Origin: Cenarchaeum sp.
Lineage (GTDB): Archaea; Thermoproteota; Nitrososphaeria; Nitrososphaerales; Nitrosopumilaceae
Length of the DNA stretch: 64,000 nucleotides
Assembly (NCBI GenBank): GCA_963692915.1
Contig: OY843584.1
Location: 640,001 to 704,000, forward strand
Reading direction: 5' to 3'
The position numbers and the translations under genes are program-made. Shown here in pieces: positions 38,482 to 48,903 of this stretch. The notes under the pieces were generated by a model. It was not told where the DNA came from. It ran no database searches and worked only from the letters and a program-made list of their open reading frames with translations. Position 1 is the first letter of the stretch. Each line of letters begins with the position of its first letter.

Positions 38482-39876
38482 ATGAAACTCGCGTTGGCCA
38501 TGGCCATCTGCCTCGCCGCAGTCGCCCTTCCGGCAGCATATGGGGAGAAGGGCATGGAAAAGTACGTGGGGGAGTCCTTCTCGTTCATGTATCCTGAAAA
38601 ATGGACCATATACGATGAGGGTGTGGCACAGTGGGACAGCTGGACGGTCCCTGTGTGGGCATTTGGATCCGACGCGTACGAGGTTGACTCGAGGCTCTAT
38701 GTCGCCGAGATACCCCCTGTCATACTCGATGACGAGAGATGGAGCGACTCGAAATACATTGCGCGCATTTCAACATCAGAGGCCGAGTTTTGCGCCAGCG
38801 GCGCGATTGCGTGGGGGCGCTATGCGTGCGTTGACTTTGAGGTGGTTCACGCGTCACACTATTCCACGAACCACCCATACTATCTTGTAGTGTTCGAGTG
38901 GGTTCGCGAGTATGCCGACGGGACAAGGGTCGAGGCCACGGCGGCGCGAATCGACGTGCCCGGCGAGTCTGGAACGATGGTGATGTTTGCCGAGGCACCT
39001 TCCGAAAAGTGGGATAAACTTGGGCTCCTCGACTCGATCAGGTCGTTTGCGCCATCTGGAGGGGTCGGTGGTCCATCTGAGCCCATGATGACCATGCTAG
39101 CCGAGAACGTCTACCATTATTATGACTCGTACGGAACCCTAGTCGTCATCGGTGAAGACGATGTCCTCATCACAGATACGGCAAACGTGGATAGGGCAGA
39201 GAGCCTAAAGAAGGCCATCACCAAGATCACCGACACCCCGGTGACGATGATCGCGCTCTCACATGAGCACTATGACCACGTTGGCGGGACGGGTGTCTTT
39301 GAGGACGCCAATGTCATATGCCACATAAACTGCGCGCCAGTCTTTGAGCTCTCGACGTTCATGGACGTGCCAGACAAGGTTGACATTGAGTTTGACGAGT
39401 ATCACGAGATCGACGTTGGCGGCATAACAGTGGAGCTCCACCACATTGCTCCAGCTGACGGCGATGCGACAACGGTTGTCTACCTGCCAGATCACGGCAT
39501 TGTCGTAACAGCAGACCTCTACACTCCCGGGGCCCTCACGGACGGAAGGTGGATAACTGACACAAACCTCCTCGGCACGCGAAAGGTTCTCAACGAGATG
39601 GCCTCGTGGGATATTACACACGAGATAAACAGCCACTATCCGGGCACAGACCCCACAAACCTGCGCAAGGCCGCGACGTTCTTTGACGATCTGCACGATG
39701 CCGTCACTGACGAGCTTGCAGCCGGACTCGAACGAGGCGGCATTTTCGGCGTGTACACGGCAATGGCCACTATGCCTGACACGCTAGAGCTCCCCGAGTA
39801 TGCCTCATGGGGCAACTATGAGGACCTTCCGCGCTATATCCAGAGAATGGCCGAAGCGATAACGCACGGTGACTAG
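38482..39876 (+). CDS. Secreted fusion: PsbP-like N-domain plus metallo-beta-lactamase-fold hydrolase
   Basis: Signal peptide; FSFMYPEKW; linker APSGGVGGPSEP; VLITDT, SHEHYDHVGG (HxHxDH), TADL and NSH motifs. Confidence 0.75.
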   Translation: MKLALAMAICLAAVALPAAYGEKGMEKYVGESFSFMYPEKWTIYDEGVAQWDSWTVPVWAFGSDAYEVDSRLYVAEIPPVILDDERWSDSKYIARISTSEAEFCASGAIAWGRYACVDFEVVHASHYSTNHPYYLVVFEWVREYADGTRVEATAARIDVPGESGTMVMFAEAPSEKWDKLGLLDSIRSFAPSGGVGGPSEPMMTMLAENVYHYYDSYGTLVVIGEDDVLITDTANVDRAESLKKAITKITDTPVTMIALSHEHYDHVGGTGVFEDANVICHINCAPVFELSTFMDVPDKVDIEFDEYHEIDVGGITVELHHIAPADGDATTVVYLPDHGIVVTADLYTPGALTDGRWITDTNLLGTRKVLNEMASWDITHEINSHYPGTDPTNLRKAATFFDDLHDAVTDELAAGLERGGIFGVYTAMATMPDTLELPEYASWGNYEDLPRYIQRMAEAITHGD

Positions 39877-41324
39877 TATCCGCGCGCAAAGAGCGGTGCC
39901 GAACCGGCGCATGCCTCACCGCACACGACGCACTTGCCACCGCTCTCTCCACCAAACGGGATGACCCTAATCTCGGCGCCCGTTTTGTCCTTGACCTTCT
40001 CCTCGCATGTCAGAGAGCCGCACCACGCCGCCTCGATAAACCCGCCAGACTCGACCAGGCGCGCAAGCTCGTCGTACGAGGAGGCACGATGCGTCATTGC
40101 GTCCTGCGCCTTGCGCGCGGCATCGAGCATCTCGGCGTGCATCGTGTCCATGATGCCCGTGACTGTGGCAATATCACCAAAGGCGACGCGAGACTTTGTC
40201 CTGTTGTGCCTCGTCACGACGACGGCCTCGCCGGACTCGATGTCCTTGGGACCGACCTCTATCCTGACGGGCACGCCGCGCAGCTCCCAGTCGTTGAACT
40301 TGAAGCCCGGCGTGAGGCCCTCGCGCGAGTCGACGTGTGCCCTCACGCCGGCGCCAGACAGGGCATCGCGCAGCTCGGCGGCCTTGGCCATGACGAGCGA
40401 CTCGGCGTCACTGTCATAGTATATTGGCACAATGACGGCCTGAATCGGCGCGACGCGTGGTGGCAGGACAAGGCCCTTGTCATCACCATGGATCATTATC
40501 ATCGCGCCAATAAGCCTCCACGAGACTCCCCAGGACGTCTGCCAGGCGGGCTGCTCGACATTGTTACGGTCGGCGTACTTTATCCCAAACGGGACAGAAA
40601 AGTTTTGGCCCAAAAAGTGCGACGTGCCCATCTGGAGAGCCTTGCCGTCAGGCATCATGGCCTCGACGGCGAGCGTGTGGACCGCGCCGACAAACTTTTC
40701 ACGTTCGCTCTTTGTGCCGCGCACAACCGGGATGGCAAGCTCGCGTTCCATGACGCTTGCGTACGAGTCGAGAACGTGCGCAGTCTCTGCCTCGGCCTCC
40801 TCACGCGTCTCGTGGACAGTATGGCCCTCCTGCCACAGGAACTCGGACGTGCGCAGGAACGGGCGCGTCGCCTTTATCTCGGCGCGCAGTGCCGTGTTCC
40901 AAAAATTGATGCGAAGCGGCAGGTCGCGCCAGCTCTTTATCCACCGTGAGTACATCTCATATGCAAGTGCCTCAGACGTCGGGCGCAGCGCGAGCCTGTC
41001 GCCGAGTTCGGCGTTGCCAGAGTGTGTGACCCAAAAGACCTCCGGGGTAAATCCCGCAAAGTGATCGGCCTCGCGCGACAGGAGTGACTCGGGTATGAGC
41101 GTGGGCAGGAACGCGTTGCGCACGCCGTTCTTTGCAAACTCGGCATCAAATGTGGATCGGAGGGACTCCCAGATGGAGTATCCGTCAGGGCGCAGAACCA
41201 TGAGGCCCTTGACGGGCGCATAGTCGGCAAGCTCGGCCTTTAGGACCACCTGCGTGTACCACTCGCTAAAATCCACTGACTTTGGCGTGGTTATGCCAAC
41301 GAGCGGCGCGTTTCGCTTTGCCAA
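39873..41324 (-). CDS. proS: Prolyl-tRNA synthetase
   Basis: LRPTSE, PFLRTSEFLWQEGH, QMGTSHFLGQNF and WELRGVP motifs; C-terminal FARGY. Confidence 0.97.
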   Translation of the reverse strand: MAKRNAPLVGITTPKSVDFSEWYTQVVLKAELADYAPVKGLMVLRPDGYSIWESLRSTFDAEFAKNGVRNAFLPTLIPESLLSREADHFAGFTPEVFWVTHSGNAELGDRLALRPTSEALAYEMYSRWIKSWRDLPLRINFWNTALRAEIKATRPFLRTSEFLWQEGHTVHETREEAEAETAHVLDSYASVMERELAIPVVRGTKSEREKFVGAVHTLAVEAMMPDGKALQMGTSHFLGQNFSVPFGIKYADRNNVEQPAWQTSWGVSWRLIGAMIMIHGDDKGLVLPPRVAPIQAVIVPIYYDSDAESLVMAKAAELRDALSGAGVRAHVDSREGLTPGFKFNDWELRGVPVRIEVGPKDIESGEAVVVTRHNRTKSRVAFGDIATVTGIMDTMHAEMLDAARKAQDAMTHRASSYDELARLVESGGFIEAAWCGSLTCEEKVKDKTGAEIRVIPFGGESGGKCVVCGEACAGSAPLFARGY

Positions 41325-41352
41325 TGCGGCAGACTGCGCGAGTGTGCGTTAA

Positions 41353-41814
41353 TTAGCCTTGCGAGGGCGTGCCCGTCTTTAGGGGGCGGCCCATGCACAG
41401 AACCTTGCCACGCACGCGGCTCTGAAAGTTAGAGCACACAAAGCACTTTAGGAACTGCACGTCACGGCCAAGGACAGGACAGTCCACATACTCCCGTCTC
41501 ATGCGTCGCAGCATCTTGGCGCTCACGCCCTTTATGTTGATCTTGCCGCCGGGCATCATGCCTGCCGCCATGAGCTCCTCACGCGTCTCGACGTCGATCT
41601 TTGGGGCGACCTCGTGTTCGTATATCACAACCTCGTGCTTGTGCGTCGTGGTGTTGCCCTTGCCATCAGCAGGACTAGGCGCGCCATCCTGTGCGGTCTC
41701 TGGCGCAGCTCCCTGCGCGTCAGCTACTGATTCCACCACGGCTGAAGTGTCCTGCCCCTCCGGCGCTCCTGTCACGTCAGGCTGTGGCGACACGTCACTC
41801 CGCTCCTCGCTCAA
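41353..41814 (-). CDS. Hypothetical protein with Cys-rich C-terminus
   Basis: Low-complexity N-terminus; DCPV...CFVC...LC; overlaps the ppdK stop. Confidence 0.6.
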   Translation of the reverse strand: MSEERSDVSPQPDVTGAPEGQDTSAVVESVADAQGAAPETAQDGAPSPADGKGNTTTHKHEVVIYEHEVAPKIDVETREELMAAGMMPGGKINIKGVSAKMLRRMRREYVDCPVLGRDVQFLKCFVCSNFQSRVRGKVLCMGRPLKTGTPSQG

Positions 41815-44561
41815 TCCCGCTTATCCCTCTTTTTTGGAGCCTGCGCGTTAGGGGTCGCACGTGATCGCGATGGCTTTTTGCGTGCAGAGCCAGTCGAGGC
41901 CTTGTGCGAAGACGCCTTTGCCTCTCCAAGGGCTGCTTGCGCTGCGGCCACTAGCGCTATGGGAATGCGGTGCGGCGAGGCGCTCACATAGTCGACTCCG
42001 GCAGCATGGCAGAACGCTATTGAGGCCGGATCGCCCCCGTGCTCACCGCAGATTCCGACCTCCATGCCGGCTCGTGCGGCGCGTCCTGAGGACATGCTGA
42101 TCCGCATGAGCTCGCCGACGCCGGCCTCGTCTATTGACTGGAATGGGCTAGTCGTGATGATCTCCTTTTCCATGTACTCTGGCAGAAACTTGCTCTCAGC
42201 GTCCTCGCGGCTAAAGCTGAAAGTCGCCTGCGTGAGGTCATTGGTGCCAAAGCTGAAAAACTCGGCCGTCTTTGCAAGCTCGCCAGAAGTCAGGGCTGCT
42301 CGAACCACCTCGATCATGGTGCCAAAGCTGATGCGCGGACTAACTTTGTGCTTTTTGGCAATGTCATCAGAGATGCGGTCATAGATGTCACGCACGAGGA
42401 GCAGCTCGGCGGCAGTGCCGACCTGTGGAACCATTATCTGCGCTATTGCGCGAATCTTTTTGCGCGAGAGCGATATGGCCGCCTCAAACACGGCACGTAT
42501 CTGCATCTCGTATATCTCAGGGAACGTCACGCCGACACGGACTCCCCTGTGACCCATCATCGGATTGACTTCAGAGAGGTCAACGGCGCGCTGCTGAAGG
42601 GCCTTTTCGACCTCCATCTTTCTCTTGGCCTTTATCTTGCGCAGGTGGGACATGCGCGCACCAAACTCGGCAGGGTTTGGCAAGAATTCATGGAGCGGCG
42701 GGTCGAGGAGGCGTATTGTCACGGGACGGCCGTCCATTGCACGGAGTATCTTTGCAAAGTCGTTGCGCTGCAGAACCTCGAGCTTTGCGAGGATTGCGCG
42801 GCGCTTCTCCTCGTTGTCGGCCATTATCATGTCGACAAAGAGGCCGATCCTGTCCTTTTCGTTAAACATGCGTTCGGTCCGGCACAGGCCTATTCCTTCG
42901 GCGCCGTTCTCGCGCGCTGCGCGCGCAGCCTCTGGCGTGTCGGCGTTGGCCCGCACGCCAAGCTTCTTGGAGGCGCGAGCCCAGCCGAGGATAGTCTTAA
43001 AGTCGCGCGTCACGCGCGGTGCGTTGGTCTCGACTTCCCCCGCATAGACGGTTCCGCTGTTGCCGTCGATCGTTATCGTGTCGCCCTCCCTTATCCTCGA
43101 CTCGCCTGAGACGCATATGCGCGAGTTGGTGTCGATCCTCATGGCCGAGGCTCCAACTATGCAAGGCTTGCCCATACCGCGCGCGACGACTGCCGCATGT
43201 GACGTCTTGCCGCCCTTGCTAGTGAGTATGCCGACTGACGAAAAGAACGCTGGCACGTCCTCTGGCCGCGTCTCCTCGCGGACAAGAATGACGGGCTTGC
43301 CAGACTCGGCAGCCGCCGTAGCGCGCCCCACGTCGAGGATTGCGATTCCCGTGGCAGCGCCCGGCGAGGCCGCAATGCCGGAGGTTATCTGTTGTGCGGC
43401 GCGCGCAGCAGACATGCTGATCGTCGGGTGGAGGAGCTGCTCAAGCTGCTGTGCGCCAAGGCGCATTATTGCGCGCTCGCGCCCGATGAGGCCTTCAGAG
43501 ACCATGTCAACTGACGTCTTTACCATGGCAGCGGCGTTCATCTTTGCGTTACGCGTCTGCAGGAGGTAAAAGCTGCCTGTCTCTACGGTGAACTCTATGT
43601 CCTGTGGCTCTTTAAAGTGCGTCTCGAGGAGCTTGCATGTCTCCTCGAGGCGCGCGTACATCTTTGGCATGTCCTTGCGCATCTCTGAGACTGGTTTTGG
43701 CGTCCTGCTGCCAGCAACGACATCCTCGCCCTGCGCATTGACGAGGTACTCGCCAAATATCCTCTTTTCTCCCGTGCCGGGATTTCGCGTAAAGACCACA
43801 CCAGTCGCGCTGTTTGTGCCCCTGTTGCCAAAGACCATTGTCACTATGTTTATCCCCGTCCCGTCGGCTATGTCCTTGGTGATGCCATTCTTTTCACGAT
43901 AGACGACGGCACGTTCGCCCATCCAGCTGCGAAAGACGGCCTTGATCGCAAGCTCGAGCTGCTCAGTCGCGTCTGAGGGGAACGCCCTGCCGGCATGCTT
44001 TGAGAATATCTCCTTGTAGCGCGTGACGAGGCGACGCAGCGATATGTCGTCGAGTTGAGAGTCGAGCTCCACCTTTGCTGCCCTCTTTGACTCGGCTAGT
44101 GCGGCCTCAAAGAGCGAGTCATCGATCCCAAAGACAACCTTGCCAAAGAGCTGCACGAGTCGCCTATACGAGTCCCACGCAAAACGCCGGCTCCCCGAAG
44201 ATATAGCAAGGCCCTCGACGCTAGAGTCGTTGAGGCCAACGTTGAGGATCGTGTCCATCATGCCGGGCATGGAGATTGCCGCCCCCGAGCGAACCGAGAC
44301 GAGGATGGGGTTGTTGCGCGAGCCCCATGTCTTGCCGGTTCGCTCCTCGAGCTTTGCCATACTCTTGCGAACCTGGGCCATGAGCGTAGGCGGGAGCTTG
44401 CCGCCGGCAGCATAGTAGGACTTGCACGCATCTGTCGTTATGACAAAGCCGGGCGGAACTGGCAGGCCCATGCGCGTCATCTCGCAGAGTCCGGCACCCT
44501 TGCCGCCTAGGAGCCTCCTGTTTGAGGGGTCACCCTCGTCAAAAAAGTATATTGGCTTCAT
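41811..44561 (-). CDS. ppdK: Pyruvate, phosphate dikinase
   Basis: LLGGKGAGL, VSVRSGA, GGKTSHAAVVARG, GIGLCRTE, SFGTNDLTQ and GICGEHGGDP motifs. Confidence 0.97.
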   Translation of the reverse strand: MKPIYFFDEGDPSNRRLLGGKGAGLCEMTRMGLPVPPGFVITTDACKSYYAAGGKLPPTLMAQVRKSMAKLEERTGKTWGSRNNPILVSVRSGAAISMPGMMDTILNVGLNDSSVEGLAISSGSRRFAWDSYRRLVQLFGKVVFGIDDSLFEAALAESKRAAKVELDSQLDDISLRRLVTRYKEIFSKHAGRAFPSDATEQLELAIKAVFRSWMGERAVVYREKNGITKDIADGTGINIVTMVFGNRGTNSATGVVFTRNPGTGEKRIFGEYLVNAQGEDVVAGSRTPKPVSEMRKDMPKMYARLEETCKLLETHFKEPQDIEFTVETGSFYLLQTRNAKMNAAAMVKTSVDMVSEGLIGRERAIMRLGAQQLEQLLHPTISMSAARAAQQITSGIAASPGAATGIAILDVGRATAAAESGKPVILVREETRPEDVPAFFSSVGILTSKGGKTSHAAVVARGMGKPCIVGASAMRIDTNSRICVSGESRIREGDTITIDGNSGTVYAGEVETNAPRVTRDFKTILGWARASKKLGVRANADTPEAARAARENGAEGIGLCRTERMFNEKDRIGLFVDMIMADNEEKRRAILAKLEVLQRNDFAKILRAMDGRPVTIRLLDPPLHEFLPNPAEFGARMSHLRKIKAKRKMEVEKALQQRAVDLSEVNPMMGHRGVRVGVTFPEIYEMQIRAVFEAAISLSRKKIRAIAQIMVPQVGTAAELLLVRDIYDRISDDIAKKHKVSPRISFGTMIEVVRAALTSGELAKTAEFFSFGTNDLTQATFSFSREDAESKFLPEYMEKEIITTSPFQSIDEAGVGELMRISMSSGRAARAGMEVGICGEHGGDPASIAFCHAAGVDYVSASPHRIPIALVAAAQAALGEAKASSHKASTGSARKKPSRSRATPNAQAPKKRDKRD

Positions 44562-44867
44562 TCTCGTGCGCGCGCGTGATTTAGCGGTGCTTTAAAGGAT
44601 TGCCCACTTTCATGGTTTTCCAATGTGCCGTGGCGGGATTGGCCACCGGTGGACGCGCCGGCCATGGGCTCGCGGGATGGCCACGCCGGAGAGGTGGCGC
44701 GTGGGGCCGACGGGCATGGGGGCCGCCATGGGCCTGTCGTCTCAGCGGTGCCGGCCAGGCTCGTCCCATGAACGGCGCCCCGTCATGCGGCACTAGCCTG
44801 CTCCAAGGGCGGTAGGCGCGCATACGCAGAATCAGAGATATATTCGCGCGCCGTGGCGGGGTGCTGC

Positions 44868-45224
44868 ATGGAGTTTCACCCGTCGATGGTGCCCCTGGGC
44901 CCGACGTACGATGTGGCCGACGAGCGAGGGGCCGCCGAGGCCGCCGGTGAGATCGCCTCGGCATGGTCGCCTGGATCAGGCAAGGGCTTCAAGGTCCTCA
45001 TGCCAAAGGAGAAAAAGCTCGCACAGCGGATGGGCCACACGGTCATGACGACGGTCAGCTATATGCTGCGAAAGGCCGGCATGGAGCGCGACGTCAGGTA
45101 CTGGGTGTACCACGAGGACGCCGAGCACTATGCCATAGTCCTCGTCGACTCGGCGACGCTAGCGGGGATCGAATCCAAGGCGGAGCTTGCCGGAGATGAG
45201 TCCGGCGATGAGAAGCCCAAGTAG
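44868..45224 (+). CDS. Hypothetical protein
   Basis: ORF downstream of a TATA-like ATATATT; overlaps the 3' end of the convergent PAP2 gene. Confidence 0.55.
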   Translation: MEFHPSMVPLGPTYDVADERGAAEAAGEIASAWSPGSGKGFKVLMPKEKKLAQRMGHTVMTTVSYMLRKAGMERDVRYWVYHEDAEHYAIVLVDSATLAGIESKAELAGDESGDEKPK

Positions 45225-45818
45225 CGCACCGCCAATGACATCAGACGGATAGTGCTGCAGGACATACACGCGCGAGACCGAGACCATTGCCGGATAGAGC
45301 AGCATGAGGTACGCGGCCGCGCCCAGTCTGGGGTACAGCGCAGCCCCAAGAACGAGCCCAAAGACTGCGGCGCGCGAGGCGTGGCCTGACGGGAATGACG
45401 CCGAGTATCCGCCCTCGCAAAAGAGCGAGTACGTGTCTGCGCCAATTCCGAGCGGCAGCGTTGCGCCCATGTACTCTAGGCCTGGCCTGTCACGCTCTAT
45501 GCCACACTTTGCGTATCCGGTGGCGAGTGTCGCGATGACAAGGGAGATCATTATCGCGAGGCCAATTTTCCGTGTTGGCCTGATGATAAGTATTATGACG
45601 CCAAAGATGAACATATAGTAAATGTCGCCAGTCTCGGTGATCACGTGCATGATGAGGTCTGCCGTGTCGTTCTGCCCGCTGACTGTCTGTGTGGCCTCGA
45701 TGACTGCCTCGTCGAGTGGCGTGAGGACGCCCTGCATGACTAGGAGCGTCGTGGCCACGAGGAGGACCGAGAGAAGCGCCGTGGGACGTGACCTCACCTC
45801 GAATGCCCAGCTACGCAT
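45159..45818 (-). CDS. PAP2-family membrane phosphatase
   Basis: K...RDRP, SFPSGH and SRVYVLQHYPSDV motifs. Confidence 0.9.
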   Translation of the reverse strand: MRSWAFEVRSRPTALLSVLLVATTLLVMQGVLTPLDEAVIEATQTVSGQNDTADLIMHVITETGDIYYMFIFGVIILIIRPTRKIGLAIMISLVIATLATGYAKCGIERDRPGLEYMGATLPLGIGADTYSLFCEGGYSASFPSGHASRAAVFGLVLGAALYPRLGAAAYLMLLYPAMVSVSRVYVLQHYPSDVIGGALLGLLIAGLISGKLRLGFDPR

Positions 45819-46135
45819 GATGGGCGAGAGGCAAAAGGCCGTGTTTTTAATCATTTAGGCACGGAAAAGCAATGTTGGTAAAAATGTAACGTGTGTAAGG
45901 ACACCTGATCAGGGTTTGGAGAATATGTGTAAGTTTGTATAATTAATGGACAGAGTCTCGCAACATCACCACGTCTTTATCGATTGTGATAACCCAGCTG
46001 ATTTTTCTGCAGTCATGAATAAAAGCTGCCAGTGGGGCAAAGGGCACACTAACATTTATGCTAGGAACTGGCATGGGCATCAGCACAACGTCAACAAATG
46101 TTTGATGCGTGTAATTGTTGTCACTATTGCGCACA

Positions 46136-46729
46136 CTATATCGGAAACTTCATCCCAAGAACTCGTCTTGTGGTGTCATGTGCGCCTGCCAGGCTCTTGA
46201 CTACTTCCCAGTTGTGAGGTTCGGCGATGATATCGCTCACCTTTGGAGGAACGCCGTGCCTCCAGTCGTCATTACCGCCCAGAGCCGCCACGTACATCCT
46301 CTCACGCACACCTGTCGCCGAGACGGACTTGCGCGCTCCCACAATTGGCCGCAGGCCGTAGGCCTTTAGCGCAAACCACTCGGCTCTGTCACCGGTGTAT
46401 GTGAAATAGTCATCACCAGCCTCGGCCGCTATGCTTCGCCGCAGGCTCCAGGATGCGCGTGAGAGCAGCGGCGGCAGGTATCGAGAAAAGGGAGCCGTGA
46501 ACGTGTATGCGCGCGAGACGAAGACCGAGTCTCCAAATAGCGCCCTTATCATCCGCTTGCGAGCATCATACGTGAACGGAAAGCTGCGGCTGTTGACCTC
46601 GATCCCGTCACGCATGAACGTGACGGGCATGACGATGACCGAGTCGGCCATGCCGCGCAGCTCGGAGATTATCTGCTCGTGAGCCACGGTCACAGGATTT
46701 ACGTGCGCAAGATACAGGGCAGTCTTCAA
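46136..46729 (-). CDS. HIGH-superfamily (cytidylyltransferase-like) nucleotidyltransferase
   Basis: AHVNPVTVAH, PFTYDARKRMI, VSATGVRE and W...VP motifs. Confidence 0.75.
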   Translation of the reverse strand: MKTALYLAHVNPVTVAHEQIISELRGMADSVIVMPVTFMRDGIEVNSRSFPFTYDARKRMIRALFGDSVFVSRAYTFTAPFSRYLPPLLSRASWSLRRSIAAEAGDDYFTYTGDRAEWFALKAYGLRPIVGARKSVSATGVRERMYVAALGGNDDWRHGVPPKVSDIIAEPHNWEVVKSLAGAHDTTRRVLGMKFPI

Positions 46730-46828
46730 CGCCCCACGAGCGACGCGTTGCCGTATTTCAAGGTGTGGCGTAAGTCCGGAGACCCGGCGCCCAAACGGTT
46801 TTTAGCTCGCATCATCGGCACGCACGCC

Positions 46829-46969
46829 ATGAAGGATCCCGTCTGCGGAATGGAGGTCAGCGAGGGCTCTGAGGCAGTCACGGGTCCGGATGGCAAGACA
46901 CATCGTTTTTGCTGCGCGGCGTGCCGCTGGGCCTTTGAGCGAGACCCCGAGAGGTTCTCTAGACCATGA
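46829..46969 (+). CDS. YHS-domain small protein
   Basis: MKDPVCGMEV...FCCAACRWAFERDPERF. Confidence 0.85.
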   Translation: MKDPVCGMEVSEGSEAVTGPDGKTHRFCCAACRWAFERDPERFSRP

Positions 46970-48812
46970 GCTGTGCGCGTGCCGAGAGGAGGCGCGGCAG
47001 GTTGGGCGCAGATGCCGGCATGCCTTGCGTGACTAAAGATATCGCGCCGGCGAGCTCGTCGACTGACATGTCAGACGTCTGGCCGGTCATGCGAGAGCGC
47101 ACGCTGAGCTTGCCGGATTCGGCCTCGGCGGCGCCTATCACGACAATGTGGTGAATCCACTCCTTTTCGGCCTGCCTTATGCGCTTGCCGATGCTCTCAG
47201 AGCGGTCATCAATGTCAACGCGCGCGCCAGAGGCGGCAAGCGCGTCGGCGACCTCGATGGCGCGCGCGTTGTGCTCGGCCGAGAGCGGGATTATGCGAGC
47301 CTGCGTGGGCGAGAGCCAGAGCGGAAGCGAGGGCTTTGAGCCGGTCCGAGAGTCGCGCGCGGCGTTCTCTAGGAGCGCATACATTACGCGCTCGACGGCC
47401 CCACTGGGAGAGTTGTGCAGGATTATCGGGTACTTTAGCGAGCCGTCAACGGCGGCAAAGCGTATCGCATAGCGCTCGCCGTTCTCGACGTCTATCTGGT
47501 CAGTCGAGAGCGCAGAGGCCTTGCCGGACGCATCGACATAGTTAAACTCCCACTTTAGGACAAAGTAAAAGAACCGCTCTTGCCACATCTCGACTAGCAT
47601 GGGCCGGCCGTGGCGCTCAGCAAGGCGCCTGACGGCATCGCCGTTGCCCTCGTAAAACTCGCGCGTGAGGCGAACGGACATTTCATAGTCTGATGACGCA
47701 AGGCCGATTCCCTCCATGACCGAGCGAGAGAGATCAAACCGCGTCTCTAGCTCGGATATCGCCTGGTCCATGTCCGCGCAGAACGCATGGCAGTCCGGCA
47801 TTGTGAACGCGCGCAGTCGGCGCAGGCCAACTAGCTCGCCGGACTGCTCGCGCCGAAAGCTATAGCGCGTGAGCTCGTACAGCCTGTACGGCATGTTGTG
47901 GTGCGAGAGCTGGGCCTGCGCGGCTATGAGAAACTGGCCAAAGCACGCCGCAAAGCGCAAAAAGAACCGCCTGCCCTCAGAGTCAATGTTGTACTGGCGT
48001 GCCGGAAAGCGGTCAAAATAGCTCTTCATGCTGGGGTGCGCCGAGTCGTACATTATGGGAGTCTCGACCTCTGATGCCCCGTACGCGCGCACGCGCTCAG
48101 TCACATAGCGCTCGATGAGCGACTTTACGAGGCGGCCGTTGGGCAAAAACCTCATGTTGCCCGAGTCAGATGCCGGCTCATAGTCGGCCATGCCCATCTT
48201 TTTCATCAGCGCCACGTGGGCAGGGGCGTCATCGGCGCTGCGCGTGCCAGACTCCTCGTGCGCATATAGCCTGCGCAGCGAGTCATGGGCAGCAAAGTCA
48301 AATCCGGCCGCATCGTGGAGCGTGCCGTCCGGCGTGAGGACATGCCACGTCGACTCTAGGCGCGACTCGGAGCCTAGCGCAGACGGCACGTCGGCCTCGG
48401 CAGGCTCGCCGGGCTCAAAGACGCGCAGGCTCTCGGCGAGGGGGTGCGCCTTTACGCGCACGGCGTATGACTTTGTCCAGCCAAACGGCGCGCGGCTCAC
48501 CTCGGTGGCCTTGATTGCGGATGCTACCTCGCGCAGCACCCCAAAGGCGTCCTGCGGCGGCGCAAGCGACGAGCTCAGGTGCGCGTACGGGTACACGAGG
48601 ACGCGCGCGCACCCAAGGCGCGAGGCCAGTGACGTAATGTCCTCGGCCGCACGCGCCGCAGTGCCCGAATCATCGCCGGTCTCGACTGCGATAAAGGCGA
48701 CGAGAACGTTCTCGAGGCGCACCGTGCCGCCGTCGGCCTCCTCGGCGGACTCTATCTCCTTGGCAGTGGCCGTGTACTCTATGCTGTCACAGTGCAGCTG
48801 CAGAACCCTCAT
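46959..48812 (-). CDS. thrS: Threonyl-tRNA synthetase (archaeal type)
   Basis: MRVLQLHCD editing domain; YPYAHLS, LRFAACFG and FRREQSGEL...RAFTMPDCH motifs. Confidence 0.96.
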   Translation of the reverse strand: MRVLQLHCDSIEYTATAKEIESAEEADGGTVRLENVLVAFIAVETGDDSGTAARAAEDITSLASRLGCARVLVYPYAHLSSSLAPPQDAFGVLREVASAIKATEVSRAPFGWTKSYAVRVKAHPLAESLRVFEPGEPAEADVPSALGSESRLESTWHVLTPDGTLHDAAGFDFAAHDSLRRLYAHEESGTRSADDAPAHVALMKKMGMADYEPASDSGNMRFLPNGRLVKSLIERYVTERVRAYGASEVETPIMYDSAHPSMKSYFDRFPARQYNIDSEGRRFFLRFAACFGQFLIAAQAQLSHHNMPYRLYELTRYSFRREQSGELVGLRRLRAFTMPDCHAFCADMDQAISELETRFDLSRSVMEGIGLASSDYEMSVRLTREFYEGNGDAVRRLAERHGRPMLVEMWQERFFYFVLKWEFNYVDASGKASALSTDQIDVENGERYAIRFAAVDGSLKYPIILHNSPSGAVERVMYALLENAARDSRTGSKPSLPLWLSPTQARIIPLSAEHNARAIEVADALAASGARVDIDDRSESIGKRIRQAEKEWIHHIVVIGAAEAESGKLSVRSRMTGQTSDMSVDELAGAISLVTQGMPASAPNLPRLLSARAQLMV

Positions 48813-48903
48813 GCGGCACGGCGCGCAGGCACAATTGAATTAAGTGTTGTGGGGAATGCTGGCCTGTGCGCCACAGTCATCACAGACGACAGGCACCCGA
48901 TCC

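Noticed and set aside
44600-44820. GC-rich intergenic segments (also ~31330-31560 and ~54540-54710) sharing short words such as CCTAGGCGTGG and CCATGAACGGCG
   Set aside because: Matches are only 10-12 bp in high-GC DNA; no convincing TIRs, tRNA cloverleaf or known RNA structure.
45860-46134. AT-richer stretch with a 63-aa ORF (45943..46134)
   Set aside because: No recognisable motif or paralog; cannot support it as a gene or ncRNA.
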